In this document: positions 27,853 to 41,390 of the stretch, in pieces
Layout of the letters: each line of letters starts with the position of its first letter
Numbering within the stretch: position 1 is the stretch's first letter
Assembly (NCBI GenBank): GCA_964016885.1
Contig: OZ024742.1
Span: 201,004,001-201,068,000, forward strand
Reading direction: 5' to 3'
Length of the DNA stretch: 64,000 bases
Source of the DNA: Eledone cirrhosa
Lineage: Eukaryota
Program-made: the position numbers and the translations under genes
The notes under the pieces: generated by a model
The model's database searches: none
What the model was told of the DNA's origin: nothing
What the model saw: the letters and a program-made list of their open reading frames with translations, nothing else

Positions 27853-29339
27853 AAGTGTGTGGGAAGAGAGTTCAAAGGGTGTGTAGGGGAGTGGTGGAGA
27901 GACATATAGCGAAAAGGGGGTGGGAGGAAACGGTGCGAATGAAATTAAAAATAAAAATAAAAATAAAGCATGATCAAAATAAAATGAAATGAAATAAAAA
28001 TAAATATAAAAGCATGATCAAAATAAACTGAAATTAAAAAGGGGTAAAACAGGTGGTGGAAGGATGTGGGGTGTGTAGAGGTGGTGGCGGGTGGAGTGGG
28101 AAGAGGGAGACGGGGTGTCCGAGCGGGGAGGGCTGAAGGTGGTGTGTGTGTGTAGGTGTACGTGTGTGTGTGTGTGTGTGTATGTGAAAGCAAGGGTTGG
28201 GGGAAGAACGGGGTTGCATGTTCAGGAAGAAGTGTGTGTGGGGTGGGGTGTAGGTCGGAGTGTCTGTGCGTGTGAGGGGTGGGGGGAGAGGAATCCGGAG
28301 GCTGAGGGTGCAAATATGTGGTGGAAAGCACGTGTGTGTGGGGTTTAAGCGTGTTGTGGGTGTAGGTGGCGTGTGGGAGAAAAACAATTTTTTGGGGTGT
28401 GTGTGTGGGTGAGTTATATAGGTGATTCCGTAAGAGGATGAGGTTGAAATGTTGGTAAACTCCTATGATGTTAGTAGATTCCACGGTTGTCAAGTTCCAC
28501 ATACGAGTATTCCATGAAGAGATGGTCGGAAGAGGAGAGATGTGGGGTGTGCGCGCAACAGGAAGTGGCCAAGGCGGTGGGAGTGCTGTGTGTCTGTTTG
28601 TGCTAGGAGGTGGTCAGAGGGCATAGCAGCAGTCGGGTGGAATGGTAAAGGGGCGAGGATGGGTAGGTGTGAAAGTTGGAGTGAGGAGGGTGTGTGTGTG
28701 TATTAGTAGAGGTGTTAGTGGGATGAGTGAGTGTGGCGAAAGGGTGTGGGTAGAGCGGGGAGAGAAGGGTGTGGGTGTCGATGGAGGGAGTGTGGTGTAC
28801 TGGTGTGTGTGTAGTTTGATGAAGGGGGTGTTAGTGGGTGTTAGTATACGAGAGGTGGGGAAAGGGTTAAATGCAGGTGTGAGTGAGGGTTAGTGGTGGT
28901 AGGGTGTGTAGAGTTGGTGGTGTACCAGGGTGTGTGGGTACGTGTGCATGGGGTTGGGGGTGTTAGTGATGTTAGTTGCGTGTGGGGTGGGTGGTGTAAG
29001 TGGGTGCGTGTGTTCGTGTGCTTGGGGTTAGGGGGTGTTAGTGATGTTAGTTGCGGGGTGGTAGGATGGAGGTGTGGGGGTGAGGGTTAATGGTGGTAGT
29101 AGGGTGTGTGTTTAGTGTGAGCGCGTGTATATATGTGCCGGTGGGTGTGTGCGTGTGATAAGGAGGGGGGAGGAGAAGAAGGGAGGGATGTTAGTATGTT
29201 AGTTGGGGAAGGGTGGTCGGATGAGGGGTGGAGTGGAGGTGTTAGTATTGTTAGTTGTGGGGTGGGCGGTGAAAAGGAGGGGTGTGTTAGTGGTGTTAGT
29301 GGGGGATATGTGTGGGGGGAGGGGGGCGGTCGAAGGCTA

Positions 29340-30832
<1,493 letters not shown>

Positions 30833-30839
30833 ATATATA

Positions 30840-30871
<32 letters not shown>

Positions 30872-30891
30872 AACATGAGAAGAAAGAAAAA

Positions 30892-31630
30892 TACTGCGTG
30901 ATTTGCACATGGGTTACATATGATAAAAATAGTCCTTCGTCAGTGATTTTCCAACCATCATTAGTATTTCATCGCATTAAAAATCAGATACCTCAGGTTG
31001 GTGCGAGCAATAACTAAAAAAAGTTATTGAGACCAGAATTCGCGTAAGGCGAGGGGGACAAGTAAACAACATAGAAGGATAAAAGCAAACCGAAGATAGG
31101 AAAATAAACAAGCAACATGGTTGTCCGGTCAGCATAAGCTGGGTGGATTTCATGACCGAGAGAGGTACAGACCGTGTTGATGTGTGTGAGATGTGAGCAA
31201 GAAGAGATCCACACAAGCCAAACGGGAGGAAGTGAGAAGGGGAGAAACAGAGAGTGAGTGAGTGGAAGTGTGAGGAAGAGGTCAGTCGAGAGAAAGTGTA
31301 ACTGACAGAGGTGGAGAAAGAAGGTGAGAGAAACAGAGAGCAGGGAAGCAGTAAGAGAGAAACAGACAAACGCAGCCGAGGTAAATATAAATAAAAAACA
31401 TGAGAAGAAAGAAGAATACTGCGTGGTTTGCACATGGGTTACATATGATAAAAATAGTCCTTCGTCAGTGATTTTCCAACCATCATTGGTATTTCATCGC
31501 TTTAAAAATCAGATACCTCAGGTTGGTGCGAGCAATAACTAAAAAAAGTTATTGGGACCAGAATTCGCGTAAGGCGAGGGGGACAAGTAAACAACATAGA
31601 AGGATAAAAGCAAACCGAAGATAGGAAATT
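30892..31630 (-). repeat. Partial tandem duplication (~505-bp period) of a repeat family also at 44179-44420
   Basis: ~30892-31110 is repeated at ~31398-31630. Confidence 0.75.
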
Positions 31631-32182
31631 AAACAAAAAACTTTGAATTTGTAAAGCCAAGACAATGCAGGTATGGACATAGAATAAAAAATGCAAATGC
31701 AAAAGATATTGTTGACAATTAGTCTTTTACCTTAGATTTATTTAAATGTCCTTAATTTTCGAGATAATATCTCTTCTTCGGAGGGAAGTAAAGCGGTTAA
31801 ACCAGCGTTCTAAATAGCTTGCCAAGTCATGCTGACAGGAAATGGTATAGAGTATCTGTTCTATCTCTAATGTCAAAGAGTTAAGGTTAGGTGGATAAAG
31901 AGTAGTCTCCCTTTTAAACGGTTTTTTTACATGTCTGTTTAAGTGTGTGGGAGAATGCGTGAATGTGTAAGTATGTGTGTGTGTGTGTGAGTGTGAGAAG
32001 ATATGTCTATACGTAAATGTGGGGGATAGATGTTCTCTAGTGTTAGAACTGGTCTTTGTGTGTGTATGTGTGTGTGTGTGAGAGAATAAGTGGAGGTGTA
32101 AGTGTGTGTGTGTGTGTGTGTGCGTGCGTGCGTGTGTGCGTGTGTTTGGGAGCGGGGTGTAAGTATGGGGCTAGATGCTCTA

Positions 32183-32551
32183 TCAGGTTATAAATTGGGT
32201 GTTGAGTTCTAGTCTATTATTGATTGGTGGTTGTGTTTTGTCTATAATTAGTGCTTCCTTAATTCTAAGATTGCCGAGGTTTCTTTCCTTAGTTTCTATC
32301 CTAACTGTTATGGTTTTGTCGGTGTTTTTGCATTTAACTAGGTGTTTCTTAAATGAGGAAGCGTTAGTATTGAGGTGTTCTTTTATTCTTATGTGGAGTG
32401 GTCTGGTGGTGCTACCTACGTAGAAGTTGCTGCATTTGTCGCATTCTAGTCTGTATACGACGTAAGCCTGGGGGCATAGGTCTGTGTCGTTGATGGCGCA
32501 GTTGGCTAGCCTGCAGCGGTTTTCATGTCTGGTGGAGTGTTTTTTTGGCAA
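32183..32551 (-). pseudogene. PLE GIY-YIG endonuclease fragment
   Basis: CRLANCAINDTDLC..VVYRLECDKCSNFYVGSTTRPLHIRIKEH...RIKEALII....PPINNR; cut at the inversion junction. Confidence 0.9.
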
Positions 32552-32585
32552 GCTATTTAGAACACTGGTTTAACCGCTTTACTTC

Positions 32586-32620
32586 CCTCCGAAGAAGAGA
32601 TATTATCTCGAAAATTAAGG
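32586..32620 (+). ncRNA. Ultra-minimal HHR-like motif (U4C core); mirror copy ~31750-31784 (-)
   Basis: cct CCGAAGA a-gagat-att-atctc GAAA at TA agg; AATT palindrome at stem III. Confidence 0.45.
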
Positions 32621-32793
32621 ATATTTAAATAAATCTAAGGTAAAAGACTAATTGTCAACAAGATCTTTTGCATTTGCATTTTTTATTCTATGTCCATACC
32701 TGCATTGTCTTGGCTTTACAAATTCAAACGTTTATACCTCATTACACAATGCTTCACGTGAACTATAACTTCCTCCTATATATATATATATGT

Positions 32794-32974
<181 letters not shown>

Positions 32975-33235
32975 TATATATATATCCAAAATTAAATTAA
33001 GGTAAGGTTGAAAACTGCAAACTTGACTGTCACCACAGAATATGAACCTGAAGATTGCGAAAGAATGAAAGTACTTGTTCAATTAACACATAACATTTAA
33101 TATTCTACCATACTATTTCATTCTAATACCATTATAAATTTTAAAGGATTGTAAATAAAACGAGTAAATCTGACAAAGTTGGAATTCCTTTTATTAATAT
33201 AATCTTCTATACACAATCATACACACCCGTGTGTA

Positions 33236-33307
<72 letters not shown>

Positions 33308-33312
<5 letters not shown>

Positions 33313-33780
33313 ATGTTGAAAAGGTAACACATTAGGGAGAGGTAGTGTGCCATCAATAAAACAGGGAAAACCACCAGTGTATGGAATACATAATCGATGA
33401 AAGGCAGGGTAGACACACAATAATTAAAAATATGAATTCAAATGTATATACGCATCACTATAACTATATAACACACGCGTACAAATCAAAAGAGTTTTGT
33501 TTCACCAGGAAGTTGTTGAATGAAATGGAATAGCCTATGGTTCATCAGCGCGTGCAAGACTATATATTCCAGACAACTCTAGGAGAATCTAAGACAACCG
33601 TCCAGTTACACGCAGCAGAGAGATGACAGAGCGTGTTTAGGGCAGTGACCCAGTGGTATCTGAGGGACGAGCTGCTAGAACAGCAGCCCAAAAACCACTC
33701 AAAGAAGTGTACTCAACCAAACAGAGAGAGAGGAAGGACTGTTATAAGGGGCAAAATATCACGATAAATTAAAGGAGCTA
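33308..33780 (-). mobile_element. HHR-bearing insert in (TA)n, same family as 21607-22238
   Basis: Co-linear similarity with blocks of 21607-22238 in a different circular phase. Confidence 0.8.
33473..33555 (-). ncRNA. Type I hammerhead ribozyme
   Basis: gcacgcg CTGATGA acca...tggt GAAA caaa...tttg TA cgcgtgt; all three stems pair; GUA triplet. Confidence 0.88.
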
Positions 33781-33849
33781 TATATGTATGCATATATATA
33801 TATATATATATAATATAAGATCAAAAGATGGTTAAAGGAGTTCAATATA

Positions 33850-33916
33850 TTTTATTATGCGCATTTCAAAAACAAACATCATCAAACAATAATATTTGTG
33901 TTTTCATCAGATAAAA
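33850..33916 (-). ncRNA. Minimal type I HHR (mirror of 35742-35808)
   Basis: Reverse complement of the + strand copy. Confidence 0.8.
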
Positions 33917-35155
33917 CAGGAGAACATGATATGAAGGCTAAAAAAACACTTGTTGATAGTGCAGTTTTAAATCAACATATGAAAAGTGGTTTTAGATTGA
34001 TGTGTGATATTGGGAAAAATATTTTATTTAGAGAGGGGGGGAGAGAAAAGGATGAAAAGGGAAGGAGATGAGAGGGAGAGATGGGTGATAGAGAGAAAGA
34101 GATAGTTTTTATAACTGAGAGGAGATATATTTTATATAGAGGGGTTGAAAACCGTTGGAAGATACTGTATAAATTAAACATTTTGAAAATTAACGAAGGG
34201 AGGATATGTGCGAGGAAAAAATATATTATATTTAGGGAGGGGTGGGGGTGGAAAGGATGAAAAAAAGGGGAGGAGATGAGAGTGAAGGTGGAAAGGGAGA
34301 GATGGGTGATAGAGAGAAAGAGATAGTTTTTATAACTGAGAAAAAGATATAATGTTTTAATATAGAGAGGTTGGGAACCGTTGGAAGATAATGTATAAAT
34401 TAAAGGAATTTGAAAATTAACGAAGGGAAATTATGTATGGAGATAGAGAGAAAAAAATAACGAAGGGAAATTATGTATGGAGATAGAGAGAAAAAATAAT
34501 AATTGTGGGTGAATATTCTAACGTCAAAAGGAGAAATGTAGGAATTTTAAAATTAGCAAAGAGAAAAAGTTTATGTGTAGAAGGATTTGAGAAAAATAAT
34601 GTGAAGTTAAAGTTTTTATATTGAATTCATATGTATTAATAATGAGTTCGTTGATGGGGAGAAAAAAATAATAATAAATTAAGGATGAAATTGAGATTAA
34701 AAAGATTTATGATAGAGAGAAAAAATAATAATGATTGCGGATGAATACTCAAAATGTCAAAAACAAATGTTATTGTTTTACGAGGAGATATAATGAGGGT
34801 GATGAGTAAACGGGTATTATAGAGTGTATAATGCCCTTTAAAGTAAGGTAGATGGGTATATTTTAAAGAATATATGAGTATATATTAAAAAAAATATATA
34901 ATAATAAATTAAGGATGAAATTGAGATTAAAAAGATTTATGATAGAGGGAAAAAAATAATAATGATTGCGGATGAATATTCAAAATGTCAAAAACAAATG
35001 TTATTGTTTTACGAGAAGATAGGATGAGGGAAATGAGTAAACGAGTATTATAGAGTGTATAATGCCCTTTAAAGTAAGGTAGATGGGTATATTTTAAAGA
35101 GGTGTATGTATATGTGCCTTTGAGAAAAGATTCTAAATTGATAAAGAATTGAATA

Positions 35156-35524
35156 TTAACTGTATACTTTGTGAAAAGTTCTATGGAATTTATGCAGGCA
35201 GATGGAAAACAAATCCGAGCGTCTATTTATTATGGATTCTAGGTTAGAGATAATGGTAAATTTTTCATTTAGGCAGAGATTACAGATTTTAGATAGAGAG
35301 CTGTTCAAGTACGAGGATGCAGAAGAAATCTTTTTCCAAAAGATGTTATATTTAATGTTTTTGTCTTTTAAGGACCATATGAGTTCTGAGAGAGCAGTGT
35401 TAGTTCTTTTAAGTTTGTATTTGAAAGATGAATGATGATTATAGAGACGAGCTTTAAAAGAGGTGGAAGTGGAGCCAAAATAGGTGAAGGAATTGGTGCT
35501 AGTTATAATTTTACATTCATAAAT
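35156..35524 (-). pseudogene. Naiad-type GIY-YIG endonuclease domain (not in ORF track)
   Basis: Manual translation: IYECKIITSTNSFTYFGSTSTSFKARLYNHHSSFK...TALSELIWSLKDKNIKYNIFWKKI...ICNLCLNEKFTII...IINRRSDLFSICLHK...*; 122 open codons. Confidence 0.85.
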
Positions 35525-35741
35525 AAAATATATCTCCTCTCAGTTATAAAAACTATCTCTTTCTCTCTATCACCCATCTCTCCCTCTCATCTCCTTCCCT
35601 TTTCATCCTTTTCTCTCCCCCCCTCTCTAAATAAAATATTTTTCCCAATATCACACATCAATCTAAAACCACTTTTCATATATTGATTTAAAACTGCACT
35701 ATCAACAAGTGTTTTTTTAGCCTTCATATCATGTTCTCCTG

Positions 35742-35808
35742 TTTTATCTGATGAAAACACAAATATTATTGTTTGATGATGTTTGTTTTTGAAATGCGCA
35801 TAATAAAA
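35742..35808 (+). ncRNA. Minimal type I HHR
   Basis: ttttat CTGATGA aaacacaaatatta..tgatgtttgttttt GAAA tgcgca TA ataaaa; palindrome ATGCGCAT; AUA triplet. Confidence 0.8.
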
Positions 35809-35931
35809 TATATTGAACTCCTTTAACCATCTTTTGATCTTATATTATGCATACTCCAGTCCCACAAACTGTAGAGTGCTTCTTATCCGATATCTGCATT
35901 GCTTTATTGTACTACAATAAAACTCACCTCC

Positions 35932-36003
<72 letters not shown>

Positions 36004-36056
36004 TATATGTGTGTGTGTGTGTATACATATAATATATATTATATATATATATATAA

Positions 36057-36100
<44 letters not shown>

Positions 36101-36101
36101 A

Positions 36102-36149
<48 letters not shown>

Positions 36150-36253
36150 ATACCCCCACTCTCAAGAGCGTGAAACTACTAAACCTTTGTTCGTACTGCC
36201 TCTCTGTTTTGTTCCCGTTCCATTTTTCACTATATATATATATATATATATAT

Positions 36254-36932
36254 ATTGTTATACTTTGGGAGGGTCATGTTGCCAATAAGAAACACACGCA
36301 CCAGATGCTTTCACTTCAATTTATTATAATAAATTTATAAATTTAGGAATTTATAAATTTCCAGTTGGTTGGTTCCACAACCAGATGGTTGTTTATATAT
36401 TGTCAAAGTTCTTTCGTCACACATTCTGTGACCTCTTCAGTGACTGGGGATTCTTTTCTTTGTTTTTTGTGCCGCTCCTTTGTTCTGTCCTACGCCATCT
36501 TGTTTTTGCAGGTATGTATATGTATATATTTGTATGTCTATATATATGTATTTTTATGTGTGAATATGTATATGTTTATGTGTAAATGTATTTGTGTGTG
36601 ATGTTGTAATATGTGTATATTTGTGCTGTTTTATGTTGAGTCTGCGACTGTATTTGTATTTCTGACTATGCCTGCAAAACAAGATGGCGTAGGACAGAAC
36701 AAAGGAGAGGCACAAAAAACAAAGAAAAGAATCCCCAGTCACTGAAGAGGTCACAGAATGTGTGACGAAAGAACTTTGACAATATATGAACAACCATCTG
36801 GGTGTGGAACCAACCAACCAACCGGAAATTTATAAATTCCTAAATTTATAAATTTATTATAATAAATTGAAGTGAAAGCAACTGGTGCGTGTGTTTCTTA
36901 TTGGCAACATGACCCTCCCAAAGTATAACAAT
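36254..36932. mobile_element. Inverted insert with HHR-like motifs (36402-36444 -, 36738-36780 +)
   Basis: ~36254-36512 is the reverse complement of ~36671-36932; gtca CTGAAGA g-gtcac..gtgac GAAA gaac TT tgac; related pieces at ~37205-37400 and ~1615-1690. Confidence 0.75.
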
Positions 36933-36990
36933 ATCGGTTTCAACACACGTTTTCAGATAAAGAATCTTGCTAAACAAATTCAGAAACGAA

Positions 36991-37031
<41 letters not shown>

Positions 37032-37032
37032 A

Positions 37033-37071
<39 letters not shown>

Positions 37072-37100
37072 GAAAGAGAGAGGGAGAGAGAGAGAGAGAA

Positions 37101-37201
<101 letters not shown>

Positions 37202-38319
37202 TAAGTGCAAGAAAAAATGCAGGCATAGTCAGAAATGCAAATACAGTCGCAGACTCAACATAAAACAGCACAAATATACACATATTACAACATCACACAC
37301 AAATACATTTACACATAAACATATACATATTCACACATACAAATACATACATATAGACATACAAATATATACATATACACACCTGCAAATACATACATAT
37401 AGAGACATACAAATATATACATATGCACACATACAAATGCATACATACAGACACATAGATGCGTAGAAATCCTGAAACAATATACACCCTTCCTAAAACA
37501 AAAACATACGACACATACATGCAAATACTAAAACGTTCATATACATAGAAAAATCCTAAAATACAACATACACACACAGACACTCACACACATACACATA
37601 CATAGACGCACGCACACAAATACATCCAAACACACAAAATATAAAAGCATATACATACACCCTAAAACACCACGCCTCACAAATATATGAAACCATAACA
37701 AATAATTGTGAAATCTCTTTACATAAGAGAACTGTTGAGATTTTCACGTTGACGTTGAAGTTTTTTTACGAGAGTTCGTTCGGAATAGCAATGTCTCATA
37801 AAAAAACAAACAAACAAATGTTACAGCCACTGTTTATCATGTACTGACAGCTATTAAATGAGGTGGTTGTGTTAAGCTAATTACTGGTTATCATAAACCG
37901 TGTATTCTGTTATAATAATCAATATTGTGAAGAATGCTTTTGTTTTTGTTCATTTTGTTTGGTATATATTTTTTGTTTCTGTTTTTCGTTTTTATGAGTT
38001 GATATAGCCACCATGTTAAATGTATGTTAATGCGTTATATCTTATTTTGTATAGGTGTTTGTGTGTATGTTATAATGCTTCAATGTGTATGCGTTTCTGA
38101 TTCTGTGTGTGCGTCAGTGTGTGTGTTAGTATGTGTGTCATGTAATACTTGTTTCTACTTTAGGCACAAGGCCAGCAATTACCCAGTGCATTACTGGTAC
38201 TTTATGTAATACTGTCCTGTGTTTGTATCTTTCTGACTGTCTGTGCTTACGTGCTTATGTGTACGTGCGTGCGTATATATTTTGTTTTGTATTACGTCAT
38301 ATTGTGTTAGTATCTATCT

Positions 38320-38505
38320 AGGGAGGGTAAAATTCCCAAGATCCATGGACGAGTTCTCTCCAGCGGTGTCTGTCCCTCATCATCGCTGCCATGTCCTGCT
38401 TCTCCCAAAGTCCAGTGTCTGTCCCTAGGGCATCAATATATGTCAACCCCGGTTTCCATCGTCTAGTGTGTCCGTGTAAGGGCTCCCACAGAAGCACTGA
38501 GTGTA
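38320..38505 (-). mobile_element. RTE-clade LINE C-terminal fragment
   Basis: VLLWEPLHGHTRRWKPGLTYIDALGTDTGL..DMAAMMRDRHRWRELV. Confidence 0.7.
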
Positions 38506-38631
38506 GTGTCAACTCTGAATGTCAGTGAGCATGTCCAGCTAACCTCAGTTTCCTCTGTGTTACTTTCGAGCTGTGTTAATATATATGTGTATTTGTACCT
38601 GATTGTCTTGTGTTTGTGTGCGTGCGTATGC

Positions 38632-38765
38632 ATATTCATTTTCTTAATGCTAAATAGTGAGTCTTGCTACTTTGGAGTTTCGCCTGTTTATCACTGAGCC
38701 TGTGATAAACCGGCGAAACTCCAAAGTAACAAGACACACTATTCTACATTAAGAAAATGAATATA
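38632..38765. repeat. Foldback of two HHR 3' halves
   Basis: ~63-bp arms around a ~7-nt spacer; each arm reads outward ..ggc GAAA ct-ccaa-ag TA.. Confidence 0.6.
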
Positions 38766-38818
38766 AAAACTCTACTTCGGTATTGAGTACTCTTATCTCT
38801 CAGCCGTCAATGACATAC

Positions 38819-38907
<89 letters not shown>

Positions 38908-39069
38908 CATGTCTGCGCGCATTATTCTGTTCATACAAATAAGTGTAAATTCTCTTTGCGTGGGATGCAACTGTGTGCATTTATATGTGATTCTGTGTAT
39001 TTGTGTGTATGTGTTGTTTGAATCTATGTGTATGAATGAGTTCCTGTCCGAATTTATATATATAGATAT

Positions 39070-39660
39070 AGCAAAATAACGGAGCAAAGGACTTACGTGT
39101 AAACCTGTAATTCAATGAGCTTAGAGGAAAGAGTTTTCCTGGGCACTTTAGAATATAATATAGAGAGGACTAAACGCAGGAGAGTGTGTTTTCATTACAG
39201 GTTTCCAACCACCAGCGTAAAGAGAATATAAGCTAATAAAAGTATAGGTGAAACATAATAATTAAAAGGATAAATTAAAATGAAAAACCTACCTCATAAA
39301 CTAAACTGCACCTGTACAAATTCGCAAAGAATTAATTTCGCCGTGTAAGTGGTTACAAACTCAGCTCTTGGCTCATCAGCATGTGCTCAAGCTGATATTG
39401 TCTCCACTACTAAAGATAACTAAAGTAACTGACCTGTAGCACGTGTAAATAGAGGGAAATACGTGCGTGAGGCAGTGCCCGGTGGTATGAACAGAACATG
39501 CTGCTAGAAATGGCAGCCTATACTATTCAATTTATGGTGCTAGTCTGCAGAGAGAAGACACGAGGAGCAAATATCAAGTAAAATAACGGAGCAAAGGACT
39601 CGCGTGTAATCCTGTAATGAAAACACACTCTCCTGCGTTTACTCCTCTCTATATTGTATA
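39070..39660 (-). mobile_element. HHR insert: ~510-bp unit with terminal direct repeat plus short inversion
   Basis: aaataacggagcaaaggact..cctgtaat at ~39074 and ~39581; ~39612-39658 is the reverse complement of ~39153-39201; HHR at 39308-39386 (-): gcacatg CTGATGA gcc..ggc GAAA..tg TA caggtgc. Confidence 0.8.
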
Positions 39661-39679
39661 TATATATATATATATATAT

Positions 39680-39726
39680 ATTCCTGATGATTTCTAATGA
39701 ATGAAACAGTTCTAGTCCTGTAGAAT
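39680..39726 (+). ncRNA. Minimal type I HHR in a ~65-bp insert within (TA)n
   Basis: attc CTGATGA t-ttc-taat-gaa-t GAAA cag-ttctagtc-ctg TA gaat. Confidence 0.75.
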
Positions 39727-39740
39727 CTCATCTATATTAA

Positions 39741-39817
<77 letters not shown>

Positions 39818-39822
<5 letters not shown>

Positions 39823-40560
39823 GACGTAAAATAAGAAAATTATAAAATTAACTTACTTACTAAAATATCACTTCCAACTAATTAGTTTCTGGAATGGAAT
39901 AAATATATTTTCCGAAGAAAACATCGAGAATCATTCCGTCGTCAGGGAAGTCTATTCTCGTCTAAGTATCCAGGCAAAGCGTGGACTCTGGAAACTTATT
40001 AAAAAATAATTCAGTGGATAGAAAGTAGCAAAGCGTGGACTGAATTCCTAGCCATTGAGAAAATCACTGCCTCTGCGTCGGTGGCAAATTCAAAAAGAAT
40101 CAATCACGTGACATCGAGGTCAATCAGTGGAAAGTGGTTTGCTAATAAGACAGCGGCCTGCCTGCTACCATAGCAGCAGTCATGGCCAATATTGCTCGAC
40201 AAATAATTTAGAGATAGTTATAAAGAATTAATATCTAGTAACATATATATACATACAGATGCATATCAATGCTAGCAAATATATAGGTTTTGTCTTAGTA
40301 AATTTGTGGTTCAATGCGTGGGGTTGCAGAACAATAATATGAGAGACGTAAAATAAGAAAATTATAAAATTAACTTACTAAAATATCACTTCCAACTAAT
40401 TAGTTTCTGGAATGGAATAAATATATTTTCCGAAGAAAACATTGAGAATCATTCCGTCCTCAGGGACTCTGGAAACTTATTAAAAAATAATTCAGTGGAT
40501 AGAATATCATATTATTGTTCTGCAACCCCACGCATTGAAATCACAAAGTTACTAAGATAG
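39818..40560 (-). mobile_element. HHR insert: ~520-bp tandem unit with two HHRs plus terminal inversion
   Basis: 39871-39950 (-): cttcc CTGACGA c-ggaatg..cattcc-a GAAA ctaattag TT ggaag; second copy 40389-40466; ~40508-40557 is the reverse complement of ~40293-40341. Confidence 0.8.
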
Positions 40561-40766
40561 TTTCTCTTAAGCTAACAATGCCTATATGTGTATGTGTATG
40601 TGTATATATATGTGTGTGTATGTATGTGTGTATGTGTGTGTGTGTATATATATATATATGTATGTGTGTGTATATGTATATATATGTATATGTGTGTGTA
40701 TGTATGTATGTGTATGTATGTGTATATATGTATGTGTATGTATGTGTATATATGTATGTATATGTA

Positions 40767-40827
<61 letters not shown>

Positions 40828-41008
40828 ATATGTATATATATATATATGTATTTGTATATATATATATATGTGTATATATATGTATATATATGTATTTGTA
40901 TATATATATATATGTGTATATATATGTATATATATGTATATATGTGTATATATATATATGTGTATATATATATGTATATGTGTGTGTATATATGTATATA
41001 TGTATGTA

Positions 41009-41059
<51 letters not shown>

Positions 41060-41190
41060 GTGTGCGTGTGTGTGTATATATATATATATATAGATGTATG
41101 TGTGTGTGTATATATAATATATGTGTATATATATGTATATGTGTATGTATGTATATATATATATATGTATATATATATATGTATATATAT

Positions 41191-41238
<48 letters not shown>

Positions 41239-41356
41239 ATATATATATATATGTGTATATATATGTATATATATGTATATATGTGTATATATATATATGT
41301 GTATATATATGTATATGTGTGTGTATATATGTATATATGTATGTATGTATGTATGT

Positions 41357-41389
<33 letters not shown>

Positions 41390-41390
<1 letters not shown>

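Larger units (their letters stand above)
31640..32730 (-). mobile_element. 5'-truncated PLE with inverted 3'-end copy
   Basis: ~31641-31825 is the reverse complement of ~32546-32728; GIY-YIG ORF between; HHR-like motif in each arm. Confidence 0.85.
33812..35847 (-). mobile_element. 5'-truncated Naiad-type PLE with long 3' region and inverted 3'-end copy
   Basis: ~33812-34136 is the reverse complement of ~35522-35847; GIY-YIG frame at 35156-35524; internal duplication ~34665-34870 / ~34895-35100. Confidence 0.85.
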
